A stretch of 64,000 bases of DNA, taken from NCBI RefSeq assembly GCF_963921235.1, contig NC_086097.1:27468001-27532000 (forward strand), in the 5' to 3' direction. The translations under genes were made by a program, and so were the position numbers. Shown in pieces: positions 24,420 to 37,899 of the stretch (position 1 is the stretch's first letter; each line of letters begins with the position of its first letter). The stretch is from Mobula hypostoma (taxonomy: Eukaryota). Under the pieces are notes generated by a model. The model did not search any database and was not told the DNA's origin. It saw nothing but the letters and a program-made list of their open reading frames with translations.

Positions 24420-27400
24420 ATAGTCCAATAAGAGGAGGGGCTGAACTGGATCTGGTGTTAGGTAATAAGCCTGGCAGGTGACAGACCTTTCAGTGTGTGA
24501 GCAGTTAGGGAACAGTGACCACAACTGTTTAAGTTTTAAGATACCAATAGATAATGGTAAGTATGGACCTTATGAGAGTGTATTAAACTGGAGAAGGGCA
24601 AATTATGAGAGCATTAGGCAGAAACTTGGGAAAGTTAATTGGGAACAGCTGTTTTTGACCAAGTCTACCTCTGACAATGTGGAATGTGTTTAAAAACCAA
24701 TCGCACAGAGTACAAAGCAGCTATAGTCCAGTCAGAAGGAAGGACAAAGATGGCAATGTAATAGAACCTCGGACGTTGAGAGAAGTGATGAATTTAGTCA
24801 AGAAGACAAAAGAAAAGTATCTAAATCTTAGGAAGCTAGAATCAAACAGAACCCTTGAGGGTTATATAAAAGCCAGAATGAACTTAAGAATGAAATTAGG
24901 AAGACCAGCAGGGGCCATGAAAAGTCCCTGGCAAGTACGATTAAAGAGAATCCCAAGGCATTCTATACATGCATTAAGAGCAAGAGGATAACTAGGGAGC
25001 ATTTTCTTGGATGTGGAGGATGTCAATGAGGTCCTTAATGATTACTTTATTTCAGGTATTTACCAAGGAGCAGAAAGTGGAGGATAGGAAGATCAGTGCT
25101 GAACATATTAATATGCGAGGGCATTTTGAAATAAATGAGGAGATACTGTTGGGCCTCTTAAAGAGCAGTAAGGTGGATGCCCCCAAAACTTGATGGAATA
25201 TAGCCCAGTTTATTGAGAGAGGCAAGGGATGAGATTGCTGGGGTCTTGACCAATATCTTCGTGGCCTCTCTAGCCACAGGCGAGGTCCTGGAGGACTGGT
25301 GAGTAGCCAATGTTGTTCCATAATTCAAGAGGGGAACCAAGGATAATCCTGGAAACTGCAGACTGGTGAGTCTCACATCAGTGGTAAGGAAGTTACTACA
25401 CAGAATTCTTTGTGAAGGGATATACGAGTATTTCAAAAACCATGGCCTAATTAGGGAGAGCCAGCATGGCATTTTAGTAACTTGATTGAGATTTTTAATG
25501 AGGTAATGAGGGCAATTGATGAAGGTAGAGTAATGGATGCTTACATGGATTTTAGTATGGTGATTGACAAGGTCCCTCAAGGCAGGCTCATCCAGAGATT
25601 AAGAGGCATGAGATCCATGGTGAATTGGCTGTTTAGATTCAGAACTAGCTTGCTCATAGAATAGAGCGTAGTGGTCAAAGGGACTTATTCTAGCTGGTGG
25701 TCTGTGAATAGTGATGTTTTGCAGGAATTTGCACTGGGATCTCTGCTGTTTGTGATGTATATAAATGACCTAGATGAAAATGTAGATGGGTGGGTTAGTA
25801 AGTTTGCAAATGATATGAAGATTGGCGGTGTTGTGGATAGCACAAAAGACTGGCAAAAGATACAGTGGGATATAGATCATAGGCAGGTATGGGTGAAGAA
25901 ATGGCAGATGGAGTTTAATTCAGCAAAATGTGAAATGTTGCACCTTGGGAGATCAAATGTAAAGAGACAGTACAGTCAGCCCTCCTTATCCGCGAGGGAT
26001 TGGTTCCGGGACCCTCGCAGATACCAAAAAACGTGGATGCTCAAGTCCCTTATTCAACCTGTCTTAATGCGGCGGACCTCAGGACCCAGCGGAACCCCAG
26101 ACCTTACTTAACCTGTTTCAGTGCGGTGGATATCAGGACTCGGCGGAGGAGCTCTGAATCTGCAGTGTTTCTGTTCTCGAAAATAATCACGATCACGATT
26201 GAAAATAAAGTAGAAATAATAAAGCAATCAGAAAGAGGTGAAACGCCATCGGTCATTGGAAAAGTGTTAGGCTACAGTCGGTCAACGATCGGAACAATTT
26301 TAAAGGATAAAGTGCGAAAAGCCCTGCCCCGATGAAAGCTACAATTATTACTAAGCAATGCAGTGGTTTAATTATTGGGTTTTTGATCCTTCACATCAAC
26401 CCGGCAGGGATGGAGAGCGTGCTCGGGAGTGGTCTGTCACTGGATTGAACTCGGGAACTTCCGCTCCCGACTCGGTGCTGAAACATACGTTTCTTAAGTG
26501 TTTTATATGCATAGAAAGGTAAAATATATGCTATATACTAAGACAAACGTTTGACTAACTGACGCTAAATAATACCGGATGTACCTGTTCCGACTTACTT
26601 AGTAAGAGAACTCCCGTTTTTTTTCCGATCCCGATCCGCGATAACCTACGCACATCCTCCCGTATACTTTAAATCATCTCTAGATTACTTAAAATACCTA
26701 ATACAATGTAAGTGCCATGTAAAATAGTTGTTATACTGCATTGTTTAGGGAATAATGACAAGAAAAAAAAGTCTGTACATGCTCGAACAACAAGTGCTGG
26801 AAGAGCACTTCTGGGTTTTCTCGATTCGCAGTTGGTTGAATTCGCGCAAGTGGAACTCGGGGATAAGAAGTACAGTGTTAAGGGCAAGACCCCAAACAGT
26901 GTTGATGAGCAGAGGGATCTTGTGGTCCAAGTTCATAGTTCCCTGAAAGTGGCTGCACAGATTGATAGGGTGGTTAAGAAGGCGTATGGCATGCTTACCG
27001 CTATTAGTTTAGGCATTGTGTTCAAAATTCAGGAAGTTATGTTGCACCTTTATAAAACTCCTGCTAAGCCACATCTGGAGTATTGCATATAGCTTTGGTT
27101 GCCCCAGTATGGGAAGAATGTCAAGGCTTTGGAGAGGATGCAGAAGAGGTTTACCAGGATGTTGTGTGAATGAGGGGGCATGTACTCTGATGAGAGACTG
27201 GACGAACTTGGGTTGTTTTACTGGAGCTTCGGAGGCTAAAGAGAGATATGTTAGTGACTTATAAGATTGAGAGGCATAGATAGTGTAGGCAGACACTATC
27301 TTTTTCCCAGGGCTGAAATGTCTATGGCTATGTATTTAAGGTGAGGGAGGTACTTTCAAAGGAGAAGTGAGGAGCAAATGTTTTTCAACAGTGAGTGGTG

Positions 27401-27560
27401 GGTGCCTGGAAAGTGCTGCCTGGGGAGGTGGTAGAGGCAGATACAATGGGGACTTTTAACAGTTGCTTAGATAGGCATATATTTATGAGAAAATGGAAGG
27501 ATATGGAGATTGTGTAGTTTGATTACTAATTTAAATGGTTCAGTACAATATTGTGTAATG
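24420..27560 (+). mobile_element. Long decayed CR1 LINE (EN C-terminus to 3' UTR) with a Tigger insertion
   Basis: EQLGNSDHN, YMDFSMVIDKVPQG, LFVMYINDLD...KFANDMKIGG and EQRDLVVQVHSSLK occur in colinear order. Confidence 0.85.
25973..26870 (+). mobile_element. Tigger/pogo non-autonomous element (MER2/Tigger3-like)
   Basis: TA on both sides, inside a CR1 that rejoins as agagacagTA|cagtgttaaggg. Left TIR CAGTCAGCCCTCCTTATCC; right TIR truncated (ggataagaag). CENP-B/psq HTH remnant ITIENKVEIIKQSERGETPSVIGKVLGYSRSTIGTILKDK (ORF 26000..26335). Confidence 0.85.
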
Positions 27561-28239
27561 CTGATTCTTTCCAACTTCTGCTTACTTTATGATTCCTCCT
27601 GGGATATGCTGAAGGTAAGCACAAGTTTGGAATTCTGTTTCTCAAAAGATAACTGAAGCTATCTCAAATATTCTAGCTGATTTTTGTTACGCGCAGTTAA
27701 CTCATAGACCAACTATGATTGCCTTGAATGGCAAACAGATTAGAGGACATTTTTAAAATTTATTCAGTCATGGAACATAGACTCCATTGGAAGTGAAAAC
27801 ATCGAATAATTAACCCTATTTACCGAGGAGGTAAGTAATTTAAGAGAAATTTGGATAAGGAAATGAATGAGAGGGGTATGGAGTGCTATGGTCCAGGGCG
27901 GGGTGATGGAATTAGGCAGAATAACAGCTCAGCACCGTGTGAAGAGTCTGTTCCTGTGCTGTAGTGCTCTATGACTACTCCCTAACAAGATGACATCCAT
28001 TTGAAGTTAGTGGAGAAAAGTTTGAGGAAATATCAGAGGTAGGGTTTTCACATAGCTCTTTATGGGTGCATGGAATGCACTGCCCGGGAGTAGTGGTAGA
28101 GCCAGATACAACAGGGGCACTCAAGACACTCTTCGATAATGAAAGAAAAAATGAAGGACTATGTGGGAAGGAAGCATTAGGTTGATCTAAGAGTAGGTTA
28201 AAGTTTGCCACAACTTTGGGGGCCGAAGGGTCTGTACTG

Positions 28240-31200
28240 TGCTGGATTGCTGCCTGTGCCACACGCCACTGAGGGTAGAAACAGGATGATTTGGCAGATA
28301 AATGCGTGGCTGAGAAGCTGGTGCAGGGGCAGGGCTTCAGATTCTTGGATCATTGGGATCTCTTCTATGACCTGTTCAAAAGTGACGGGTTGCACCTGAA
28401 CCCGAGGGGGACCAATATCCTCATGGGCAGATTTGTTAGAGCTTTTGCAGAGGGGAGGTTTAAACTAATTTGGCAAGGGGGTGGGAACCGGAGTGAAGGG
28501 ACTCAGGATAGGACGGACGGTAATAAAGTAAAGATAGCGTGCAGTCAGGCTGTCAGGAAGGGAAGGCAGGTGATGGGATTTAGTTGCAGCCAACAGGCTG
28601 AGTATCAAAACATTAGGGATGCAGAATCAGGAAGGACAGCAAATACAAGTACTCAAGGTGTTGTATCTAAAAGTTTGTAGTATAAGAAATAAGGTGGATG
28701 ATCTTGTTGCACTATTACAGATTGCCGGGTATGAAGTTGTGGCTATCACTGAATCGTGGCTGAAGGATGGCTGTAGTTGGGAGCTGAATGTCCAAGGTTA
28801 CATGTTATATCGGAGGGATAGGAAGGTAGGCAGAGGGGTTGGTGTGGCTCTACTGGTAAAGAATGGCATCAAATCAGTAGAAAGATGCGACATGGGATTG
28901 GAAGATGTTGAATCCTTGTGGGTTGAGTTAAGAAACTGCAAGGGTGAAAGGACATTGATGGCAGTTATATACAGGCCTCCCAACAGTAGCTGGAAGGTGG
29001 ACCACAGATCACAGCAGGAAATAGAAATGTGAGTCAAAAGGGCAATGTTATGGTAGTCATGGGAGATTTTAACATGCAGATCAATTGGGAAAAGCTGGTT
29101 GGTAATGGATCTCAAGAGAGTGAGTTTGTTGAATGCCTAAGAGATGGCTTTTTAGAGCAGTTTGTCGTTGAGCCTACTGGGGATAAGCTACACTGGATTG
29201 GGTGTTACGTAATGAAGCAGAGGCGATTAGGAAACTTAAGGTAAAAGAACCCTTAGGAACCAATGGTCACAATGTGACTGAGTTCAACTTGAAATGTGAT
29301 AGGGAGAAAGTAAAGTCTGATGTAGCAGTACTTCACTGGAGTAAGGGAAATTACAGTGGTACGAGAGAGGAGTTGGCCAAAGTAAATTGGAAGGAGCTGC
29401 TGGCAGGGGTGTCAGCAGAGCAGCAATGGCATGCGTTTCTGGGAAAAATGAGGAAGGTGCAGGACATTTCCAAAGATGAAGAAATACTCAGATGGTAAAA
29501 TAGAACAATCATGGCTGACAAGAGAAGTCAAAGCTATTGTAAAAGCAAAAGTAAGGGCATACAACAAAGCAAAATTTAGTGGGAAGACAGAAGATTGGGA
29601 GATTTTTAAAAACCTACAGAGAGCAACTAAAAAAATCATTAGAAGGGAAAAGATGAAACATAAAAGCAAGCTAGCAAATAATATCAAGTGGATAGTAAAA
29701 GTTTTTGCAAGTATGTTATAAATAAAAGAGAAATGAGAGTGGACATAGGACTACTAGAAAATGAGGCAGGAGAAATAAGAAAGGGGACAAGGAAATGGCT
29801 GATGAACTAAATAAGTATTGTGCATCAGCCTTCACTGTGGAAGACACTAGCAGTATGCCTGATGTTGTAGTGTGTGAAGGAAGAGAAATGAGTGCAGTTA
29901 CTATTACAAGCGAGAAGGTGCTCAAAAAGCTAGAAGACCTAAAGGTACATAAGTCACCCTGACCAGATGAACTGCATCCCAGGGTTCTGAAAGAGGTAGC
30001 GTTGTTGACTGTGGTGGCATTAGATTAGATTAGATTCAGCTTTATTGTCATTGTGCCAAGTACAGATACAAAGCCAGTGAAATGCAGTTAGCATTAGCAT
30101 TAGAAATGATCTTTCAAAAATCATTGGACTCTGGCATAGTGCCAGAGGACTGGAAAATTGCAAATGTCACTCCACTCTTTAAGAAAGGAAAAAGGCAGCA
30201 GAAAGGAAATTATAGACCAGTTAGCTTGACCTCAGTGGATGGTAAGATGTTAAGAGTCAATTGTTAAGGATGAGGTGATGGAGTATTTGGTGACAAGGGA
30301 CAAGATAGTACAAAGTCAGCATGGCTTCCTTCAGGGAAAATCCTGCCTGATGAACCTGTTGCAATTCTTTGAGGAGATTACAAGGAGGCTGGATAAAGGG
30401 GATGCAGTGGATGTTGTATATTTGGACTTTCAGAAGGCCTTCAGAATCAGAATCAGGTTTATTATCACTGGCATGTGACGTGAAATTTGTTAACAAGGTG
30501 CCACACATAAGGCTGTATACCAAGTTAAGAGGCCATGGTATTACAGTTAAGTTACTAACAAGGTTAGAGCATTGGCTGATTGGTAGGAGGCAGTGAGTGG
30601 GAATAAAAGGTTCCTTTTCTGGTTGGCTGCCAGTGACTAGTGGTGTTCCGCAGATGTAGGTGTTAGGACCACCTCCTTTTATGCTGTATATAAACAATTT
30701 AGATGATGGAATAGATGGCTTTGTTGCGAAGTTTACAGTTGATATGAAGATCGGTAGAGGGTCAGGTAGTGTTGAGGAAACAGGTAGAATGCAGAAGGAC
30801 TTAGATAGATTAGGAGAATGGGCAAGAAAGTGGCAAATGAAATACAAGGTTGGAAAATGCATGGTCATGCACTTTGGTAATAGAAATAAATGCGCCGGCT
30901 ATTTTCTAAACGGGGAGAAAATCCAAAAATCTGAGATGGGACATGGGAGTCCTTGTGCAGTACACCCTAAACGTTAACTTACAGGTTGAGTCGGTGGTGA
31001 GGAAGGCAAATGCCATGTTAGCATTCATTTCAAGAGGTCTAGAATACAAGAGCAAGGATGTGATGGTGAGGCTTCACCTTGAATATTGTGAACAGTTTTG
31101 GGCCCCTCATCTTAGAAAAGATGTGCTGGCATTGGAGAGGGTCCAGAGGAGGTTCACAAGGATGATTCCAGGAATGAAAGGGTAATCATACGAGGAACGT

Positions 31201-31610
31201 TTGATAGCTCTGGGCCTGTACTCACTGGAATACAGAAGGATGAAGGGGATCTCATTGAAACCTTTTGAATGTTGAAAGGCTTAGATAGAGTAGGTGTGGA
31301 AAGGATGTTTCCCATGGTGGGAGAGTCTAAGACAAGAGGATACAGCCTCAGGATAGAGGGGCGCCCTTTCAAAACAGAGATGCGGAGAAATTTCTTTAGC
31401 CAAAGGGTGGTGAATTTGTTACCACATGCAACTGTGGAGGCCAGGTCATTGGGTAGAGATTGATAGGTTCTTGATTGGACATGGCATCAAAGGTTACGGG
31501 GAGAAGGCTGAGAACTGGGGTTGAGGAGGAGAAAAAAGTATCAGCCATGATTGAATGGTAGAGCAGACTCGATGGGCCAGATGGCCTATTCTGCTCCTAG
31601 GTCTTATGGT
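28240..31610 (+). mobile_element. Near-complete CR1 LINE (ORF1 esterase C-terminus, decayed ORF2 and 3' UTR)
   Basis: ORF1 SGNH-like INAWLRSWCRGQGFRFLDHWD...DGLHLN. APE endonuclease SIRNKVDDL..VAITESWL, IYRPPNS, VMGDFN. RT VYLDFQKAF. CR1 tail ctgctcctaggtcttatggtc. Confidence 0.92.
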
Positions 31611-31666
31611 CAAAGTCGAGAACAATATATTATCAAAGTATGTATGTATGTATGTGTCACCATATA

Positions 31667-33377
31667 CAGGTTGAGTACCCCTTATCTTGAGAAGTATCAA
31701 AGACATCAAAGGATTAACAATTGGAGGCCATAATATAAATAACATCAGATATACTGATGACATCGTACTAATAGCTGACTCAGAAACAAAACTTCAAGAA
31801 CTACTCAGTATAGTGGCAGCAGAAAGTAATCGCAGAGGCCTCTCAATCAACACCAAGAAGACAGAAAGCATGGTCACCTCCAGAAAGACAAACATCCCAC
31901 AATGTGTGATCAAGATCGGAAATACAAACATCAAACAAGTCAACAAATTCAAATATCTTGGCAGCCTAATAGCAAGTGATTGCAGGTGCAACACAGTTAT
32001 CAAATACAGAATAGCAATGGTGAAAGAAGCTTTCCAAAAAAATGGAGACCATATTAACAGACAGAAAGATGAGCACGTACACTAAAAACAGAATACTGCA
32101 GTGCTATTTATTCTATCCTGACTTATGGAAGTGAGTGCTGGACCATTTCTCCAGCAATGGAAAAGAGACTAGATGCAGCTAAATTATGGTTCTACAGGAG
32201 AATGTTAAAAGTATCATGGACGACACAGACATCAAGTGAAGAAGTTCTCAGAAGAGCCCAAGCAATTCAATCACTCATACCAACAATAAGAGAAAGACAA
32301 CTCAGATTCCTAGGACACATCATGCGGAAAGATGAACTAGAAAAACTCATACTCTCTGGAAAGATTGAGGGGAGTATGCCTAGAGGAAGACCTCGGCTTA
32401 TGTACATCAAAAGCATAGCCAGGTGGCTACACATCGAGGAAATGGAAGTCATCCAAAAAACGAAGGATAGATCTATATGGAAAACCATGGTCACCAACGT
32501 CCGCATCGGATATGGTACCTAGACAGACAGACAGACCCCTTATCTGAAATTCCAAAATCCAAAAATCTCCGAAATCTCACAAGTGGAAAATTCCACAAGG
32601 TGCTACAGGGTTCCCAGGTGATGTGCAGGTCTCTGCGCACCACAGACAGTTTAGAGAAGTGAGCTCACATCTGTAATTAACAGAAGTTAATAAAAAATAG
32701 AAAAAATTCCATGAAGTAACAATGAAGATCTTGATTGTGCATTGAATGAATGTATTCCTCAGCATCAGAGTGAACATATGCATCTTAACAGTATGCTAAC
32801 TATGAAACAAGCAAAGATCTATCTTGACAAACTGAAAATTGAAGGTAATTGTGAATATTCAGCAGGCTGGTTCAGAAACTTAAGAAAAGGCACAACATTA
32901 AATTTTTAAAGATCACAAAGCAGCAGAGAAATTCGATGAGTTAGCAAAGATCATCGCTGATGAAAATCTAATACCACAACAAGTCTACAATGTTGATCGT
33001 TTTTATACTTTACATAAAACCTAAAAAAAGAAAACTACAAATACTGTGTACTATCACCTGTTAATCAAAACACAACATCATAGGCAGAGACTGAAAGCCT
33101 GTCATTGTTTGTTGTTCAACAGCTGATTCAGGTATTTTCCCGATGCTGCTGTGCTGCTTTTGCTATTATGCACACATTATATTAATGGTATGTAATGATT
33201 TTTACTGTTAAGTACATATGTGTGATGAACAAAGACTGTTTACTAGTTGCACATAAATTCTGTCGGAAATTATGGCGATCCCAACCTATCTCATTATATA
33301 TTCCAAAGATCTAAAAAAAATCTGAAATCTGGAACACTTTGAGCCCCAAGCATTTTGGATAAGGGGTATTCAACCTG
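31667..33377 (+). mobile_element. Tigger4/Zombi-like (Jerky-related) internally deleted pogo transposon, left TIR interrupted by RTE
   Basis: TIRs CAGGTTGAGTACCCCTTATC / GATAAGGGGTATTCAACCTG, with TA on the left. Transposase remnant NEDLDCALNECI...MKQAKIYLDKLKIEGNCEYSAGW...KIIADENLIPQQVYNVD at about 32720-33000. Confidence 0.85.
31688..32534 (+). mobile_element. 5'-truncated RTE-clade LINE
   Basis: NINNIRYTDDIVLIADSE and RQLRFLGHIMRK...GKIEG..RGRP. (AGAC)n tail. 11-bp TSD accccttatct at 31677-31687 and 32535-32545. Confidence 0.92.
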
Positions 33378-34359
33378 TGTTACCTTAAGATTAATTTTCT
33401 TGCAGGCATTCACAGGAAAATAAATAAATACAATAGAATCTATGAAGAACTACTTATACATAAAGACTGACAAATAACCACTTTTGCAAAGGAAGAAATT
33501 GTGCAAATAAAATGACAAATAATACAAAAAACATGAGTTGTAGACTGTTTGAAGTGAGTTGGGATGTTGTGAAATCAGTTCAGAGTTTAGGTGAGTGAAG
33601 GTACTTGTACTGTTTTCATTTAAGTGGGTCTGGAGGCACATGTTGGGTGGTCAAAATGAGGATGGTAGATTTTTTGAAGTGAACCAAAGGGGTTTTGCTA
33701 CAATAGATTTGTGGTTACCATTACTGAGGCCAGTTTTTTTTAATGTCAGCTTTATTTAATTATGTAAATAAAGTTCCCATCTGCCCCAGTGCTCCAGAAC
33801 TCTATCTGCCAGTCTAGCAACATAATTCCTCTGTCCACCAAGTGTTGTAAATGGGTACGGAGTGTGCAGGCCACTAAAGTTTGCAATTGTTAAATTAACC
33901 TGCAAAGAATTAGCAAGAGGAGATTTTGGCAACGACACAATATAGCACTCTTGGCAGAGGAAGTATTCTGCACAGCTCTGATTTTGTTAGTGGGAGGAAA
34001 TAAACACAAAGATGCAACATAAATTTCAGCAAAACAGAAATCCAGCTGATGTGCACCAGATTAAAAAGGAGTAATATGGGTGGCCTGATGGGGACGGTGC
34101 AGACAGGGAAGGTGGCTAATTTCACACACAGCTGAGATTGCTGGGACTGGAGGAAACAATTGCAAGCCAGGTGATATCTTTAAAGCACATTGAGGGGAGA
34201 AATAACAGCAAACTGCATTTATAGAGCACTTTGTTACTGTGAATCATCATGAGGCACTTCACAGAATTGCTAACAATCAGAATTTGATATGTGAGGGGAC
34301 ATCAAGACATGGGAATAAAAGCCAAAGAGGTACGTTATAAGGGTGGAGGAGAGTTCTCA

Positions 34360-36040
34360 ATAACATATGGCTGATCTGGCCATAGACTCAGCTCCACCTA
34401 CCTGCCATTTCCCCATAACCCTTTAATTTCCCTGCTATACAAAATCTATCTAACTGTGTTTTAACTATTTAATGAGGTAGTCTCTACTGCTTCCCTGGAC
34501 AGACAATTCGATAGATTCACTACTCTCTGGTAAAAGCAGTTTCTCCTCATCTCTGTGCTAAATATACGTCCCCAAATCTTGAGGCTATGCCACCTAGTTC
34601 TAGTCTCAGTTACCAGAGAAACAACTCTCCTACCCATCCTTTTTATAATTTTATATATTTATATAAGATCTCTTCTTATTCCTCTGAATTCTAGTGAGTA
34701 TAGTCCATGAGACTCAATTTCTCCTCACAGGCTAACCTCCTCATCTCCAGAAACAATCTGGTGGACTTCCTCCGCAATGCGTCCAAAGCCAGTATATCTT
34801 TCCTCAAGTAAGTAGACCAGAAATGCACGCAGTACTCCAGGCGCAGTTTCACCAGAACCCTGTACAACCGCATCATAGCCTCCCTAATCTTAAATTCAAT
34901 CCCTCTAGCAATGAAGACCAAAGTCTCATTTGTCTTCTTGATAATTCTTTGCACCTGTAAGACAACCTCCTTTTTCAATTCAGACACAAGCACTCCAAGG
35001 TCTCTCTGCACATCACACTGTAGTATTTCATCATTTTAATAATAATCTGATCTTCTACTTTTCCTTCCAGAATGGATGGCTTCACATTTACCAACATTGT
35101 GTTCCACCTGACAGACACTTGCCCACTCACTTAACCTATCTATATATCTCTGCAGACTCTTCATATCCTCTACACAAATTACTTTTCTATACACTGCAAG
35201 AGGTGATGGTAGAGGCAGATACATTAGGGGCATTTAAGAAACTCCTAGGTAGGCACTTAGATGATAGAAAAATGGAAGGCTATGTAAGAGGGAAGGGTTG
35301 GATTGATCAAAATTCAGTTGGGTCTCAGCATTGCTTTAAGATCTTTGAGGGAAAGTTTAGAGGAGTTGATATTTCTGCCAAAGCTGAAAGGTAGGGGTAG
35401 GTAGTGCTGAGGAGGCAATGCGATTGCAGCAGGACTTAAGACAAATTGGAAGAATGTGTCAGAAAGAGGCAGATGAATACAGTGTTGGTTAATGTATAAT
35501 AATACATTTTGGTAAAAAAGAACAATAGTGCAGACTATTATCTAAATGGGGAGAACATTCAAATGTCAGAGGAACTTAGGAGTCCTTGTGCAAGACTCCC
35601 AGAAGGTTATTTTACAGGTTGAGTCTGTGGTAAAGAAGGCAAATGCAAAGTTGGCATTTATTTCAAGGGGAATAGAATACAAAAGCAAGGTGATAATGCT
35701 GAAGCTTTATAAGATACTAGTCAGGCCACACTTGGAATATTGTCAACAATTTTGGGCCTCATATCTCAAAAAGGATGTGCTGTCATTGGAGAGAGTCCAG
35801 AGGATGTACACAAGTATTATTCCAGGAATGAAGGGGTTAATATATGAGGAGCGTTTGGCAGCTTTGGGGCTGTACTCACGGGAATTTAGAAGAATGTGGG
35901 GGAGGGGGATTTCATTGAAACCTACTGAATGTCGAAAGGACTAGATAACATGGATGTGGAGAGGATATTTCCTATGGTGGGCGTATCCAAAACTAGAGGA
36001 CACAGCCTCAAAATTGAGGGGCGACCTTTTAGAACAAGAA
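34360..36040. mobile_element. Cluster of CR1 3' fragments (- 34360-35190; + 35190-36040)
   Basis: ORFs 34691..35011, 35036..35233 and 35546..35944 carry CR1 RT C-terminal motifs (LVRPHLEYC). Confidence 0.8.
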
Positions 36041-37218
36041 GTAAAGAGAAAGTCTGCCCCGGTGCTTTCACTTCCGTTGATGGCCAATCCTCATCCACTT
36101 CAAGGTGCCATACCATGAGCCAAGTTTGACGAATCCTTCAGGAGATTGTAAAATTGCTACTTCATTTAGATGGTTAAAAAGTACATTTCTAAAATAGAAA
36201 TTACTAGCAGTGGATTGCAGTGATCATAATTCAGGAGAAGCTTATCTTGTAGTTTTGTGAACTGCCTGCAAAACATCACTATGTATCACGTGTCATCTTG
36301 GGCCATGTCCACCCTCTCATGTAACCTCACCAAACTATTCACATCAAAACATCCCTGTACCTGCAGTAATATTTGTGTCTTCATCTAAAAACATGAAAAC
36401 CCATCTGCAGCAAGGCTGCCAAATGAGGAATTATGGATTGTGGACTTCTTGCATATCTATTTGCCTGATTTTCCTCAAAGGAATACTAAGTGGGTGTACA
36501 TAATTCATGGTTATACCACCATAGTCCACTGTGCCCCCAGTGAATTTTCCTCCATTGTCATGTCCCTTCCCTCACTGCCATTTCTAAGATTCTGAATGCC
36601 CAAATGGTTACTCTACTTCCAGCACAAGGGCACTTCCCAAGTACATCACTAAAAGTGCTCTTGTCTTAAGAAAGCAATTGTTTTTGAGTTATGGAGTGTA
36701 AAGGTAAAGTAGAAGGAATAGTTAAAGGCTCTGTTCATTCTTTAATTCCATGCGGCAGACTAAAACCCTTCCATGGTATTTTTTCAATTTAATTGAATTG
36801 AGTTGACTTTATTTCTTACATCCTTCACATATATGAGGAGCAAAAATCTTTACATCTCTGTCTGAATGTGCAATGTGCAAATTATAGTAATTAATGTACA
36901 GTAGGATATATAACAGAACAGTCAGTATAGCTTAGAAATACAATTGTGTCAATGTGAATTAATCAGTCTGATGGCCTGTTGGTCCTGGCTTTTATGCTGT
37001 GGTACCGTTTCCCGGATGGTAGCAGCTGGAACAGTTTGTGGTTTGGGTGACTCGGATCCCCAATACTCCTTCAAGCCCTTTTTACACACCTATCTTTGTA
37101 AATGTCCTGAATAGTGGTAAGTCCACATCTACAGATGCGCTGAGCTGTCCACACCTGTCTCTGCAGAGCCCTGCGACTGAGGGAAGTACAGTTCCCATAC
37201 CAGGCACTGATACAGCCA

Positions 37219-37362
37219 ACACACATCAAAGTTGCTGGTGAATGCAGCAGGCCAGGCAGCATCTCTAGGAAGAGGTACAATCGACGTTTCAGGCCGAGAC
37301 CCTTCATCAGGACTAACTGAAAGAAGAGCTAGTAAGAGATTTGAAAGTAGGAGGGGGAGAGG
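37219..37362 (-). mobile_element. 144-bp solo Penelope pLTR insertion carrying a hammerhead motif
   Basis: Close match to about 19950-20091. 10-bp TSD gatacagcca at 37209-37218 and 37363-37372 within the Rex1 host. Confidence 0.88.
37279..37314 (-). ncRNA. Minimal type-I hammerhead ribozyme motif, sense to TTC7B pre-mRNA
   Basis: Minus strand AGUC-CUGAUGA-AGGGUCUCGGCCU-GAAA-CGUC^-GAUU. Core intact; stem I is kept with one G-U pair. Confidence 0.8.
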
Positions 37363-37899
37363 GATACAGCCAGTCAGGATGCTCTCACTTGTGCCCCTTT
37401 AGAAAGCTCTTAAGATTTGGGGACTTATGCCAAACTTCTTAACCGTCTGAGGTGAAAGAGACGCTGTTGTGCTTTTTTCCACCATACAGTCAGTATGTAC
37501 AGATCAAGTAAGGTCCTTGGTGATGTGTATACTGAGGAACTGAAAGCTTTTCACCCTCTCAACCCCAGATCCATTGATGTCAACAGATGTGAGCCTGTCT
37601 CTGTACCTCCTGTAATCCACAACCAGCTCCTTTGTTTTTGCAACGTTGATGGAGAGGTTGTTTTCTTGACACCGCTGTGTCAGGGTGATGACTTCTTCTC
37701 TGTAGGCTGCATCGTTATTATTTGAGATAAGGCCAATCAATGTAGTATCATCTGCAAATTTAATTAGTAGATTGGAGCTGTTGGTAGTGACACAATCATG
37801 GGTATACAGAGAGTAAAGGAGGGGGTTAGGACACAGCCCTGGGGGGGGGCTCCTGTGTTGACGGTTAGAGGGGCAGAGGTGAGGGACCCCACTCTGTAT

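Larger units (their letters stand above)
36785..37895 (-). mobile_element. Rex1/Babar-like LINE 3' fragment
   Basis: ORF 37504..37911 has LYSLYTHDC...IKFADDTTLIGLI...KTKELVVDYR. The tail reads aataaagtcaactcaattcaatt on the minus strand. Confidence 0.85.
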
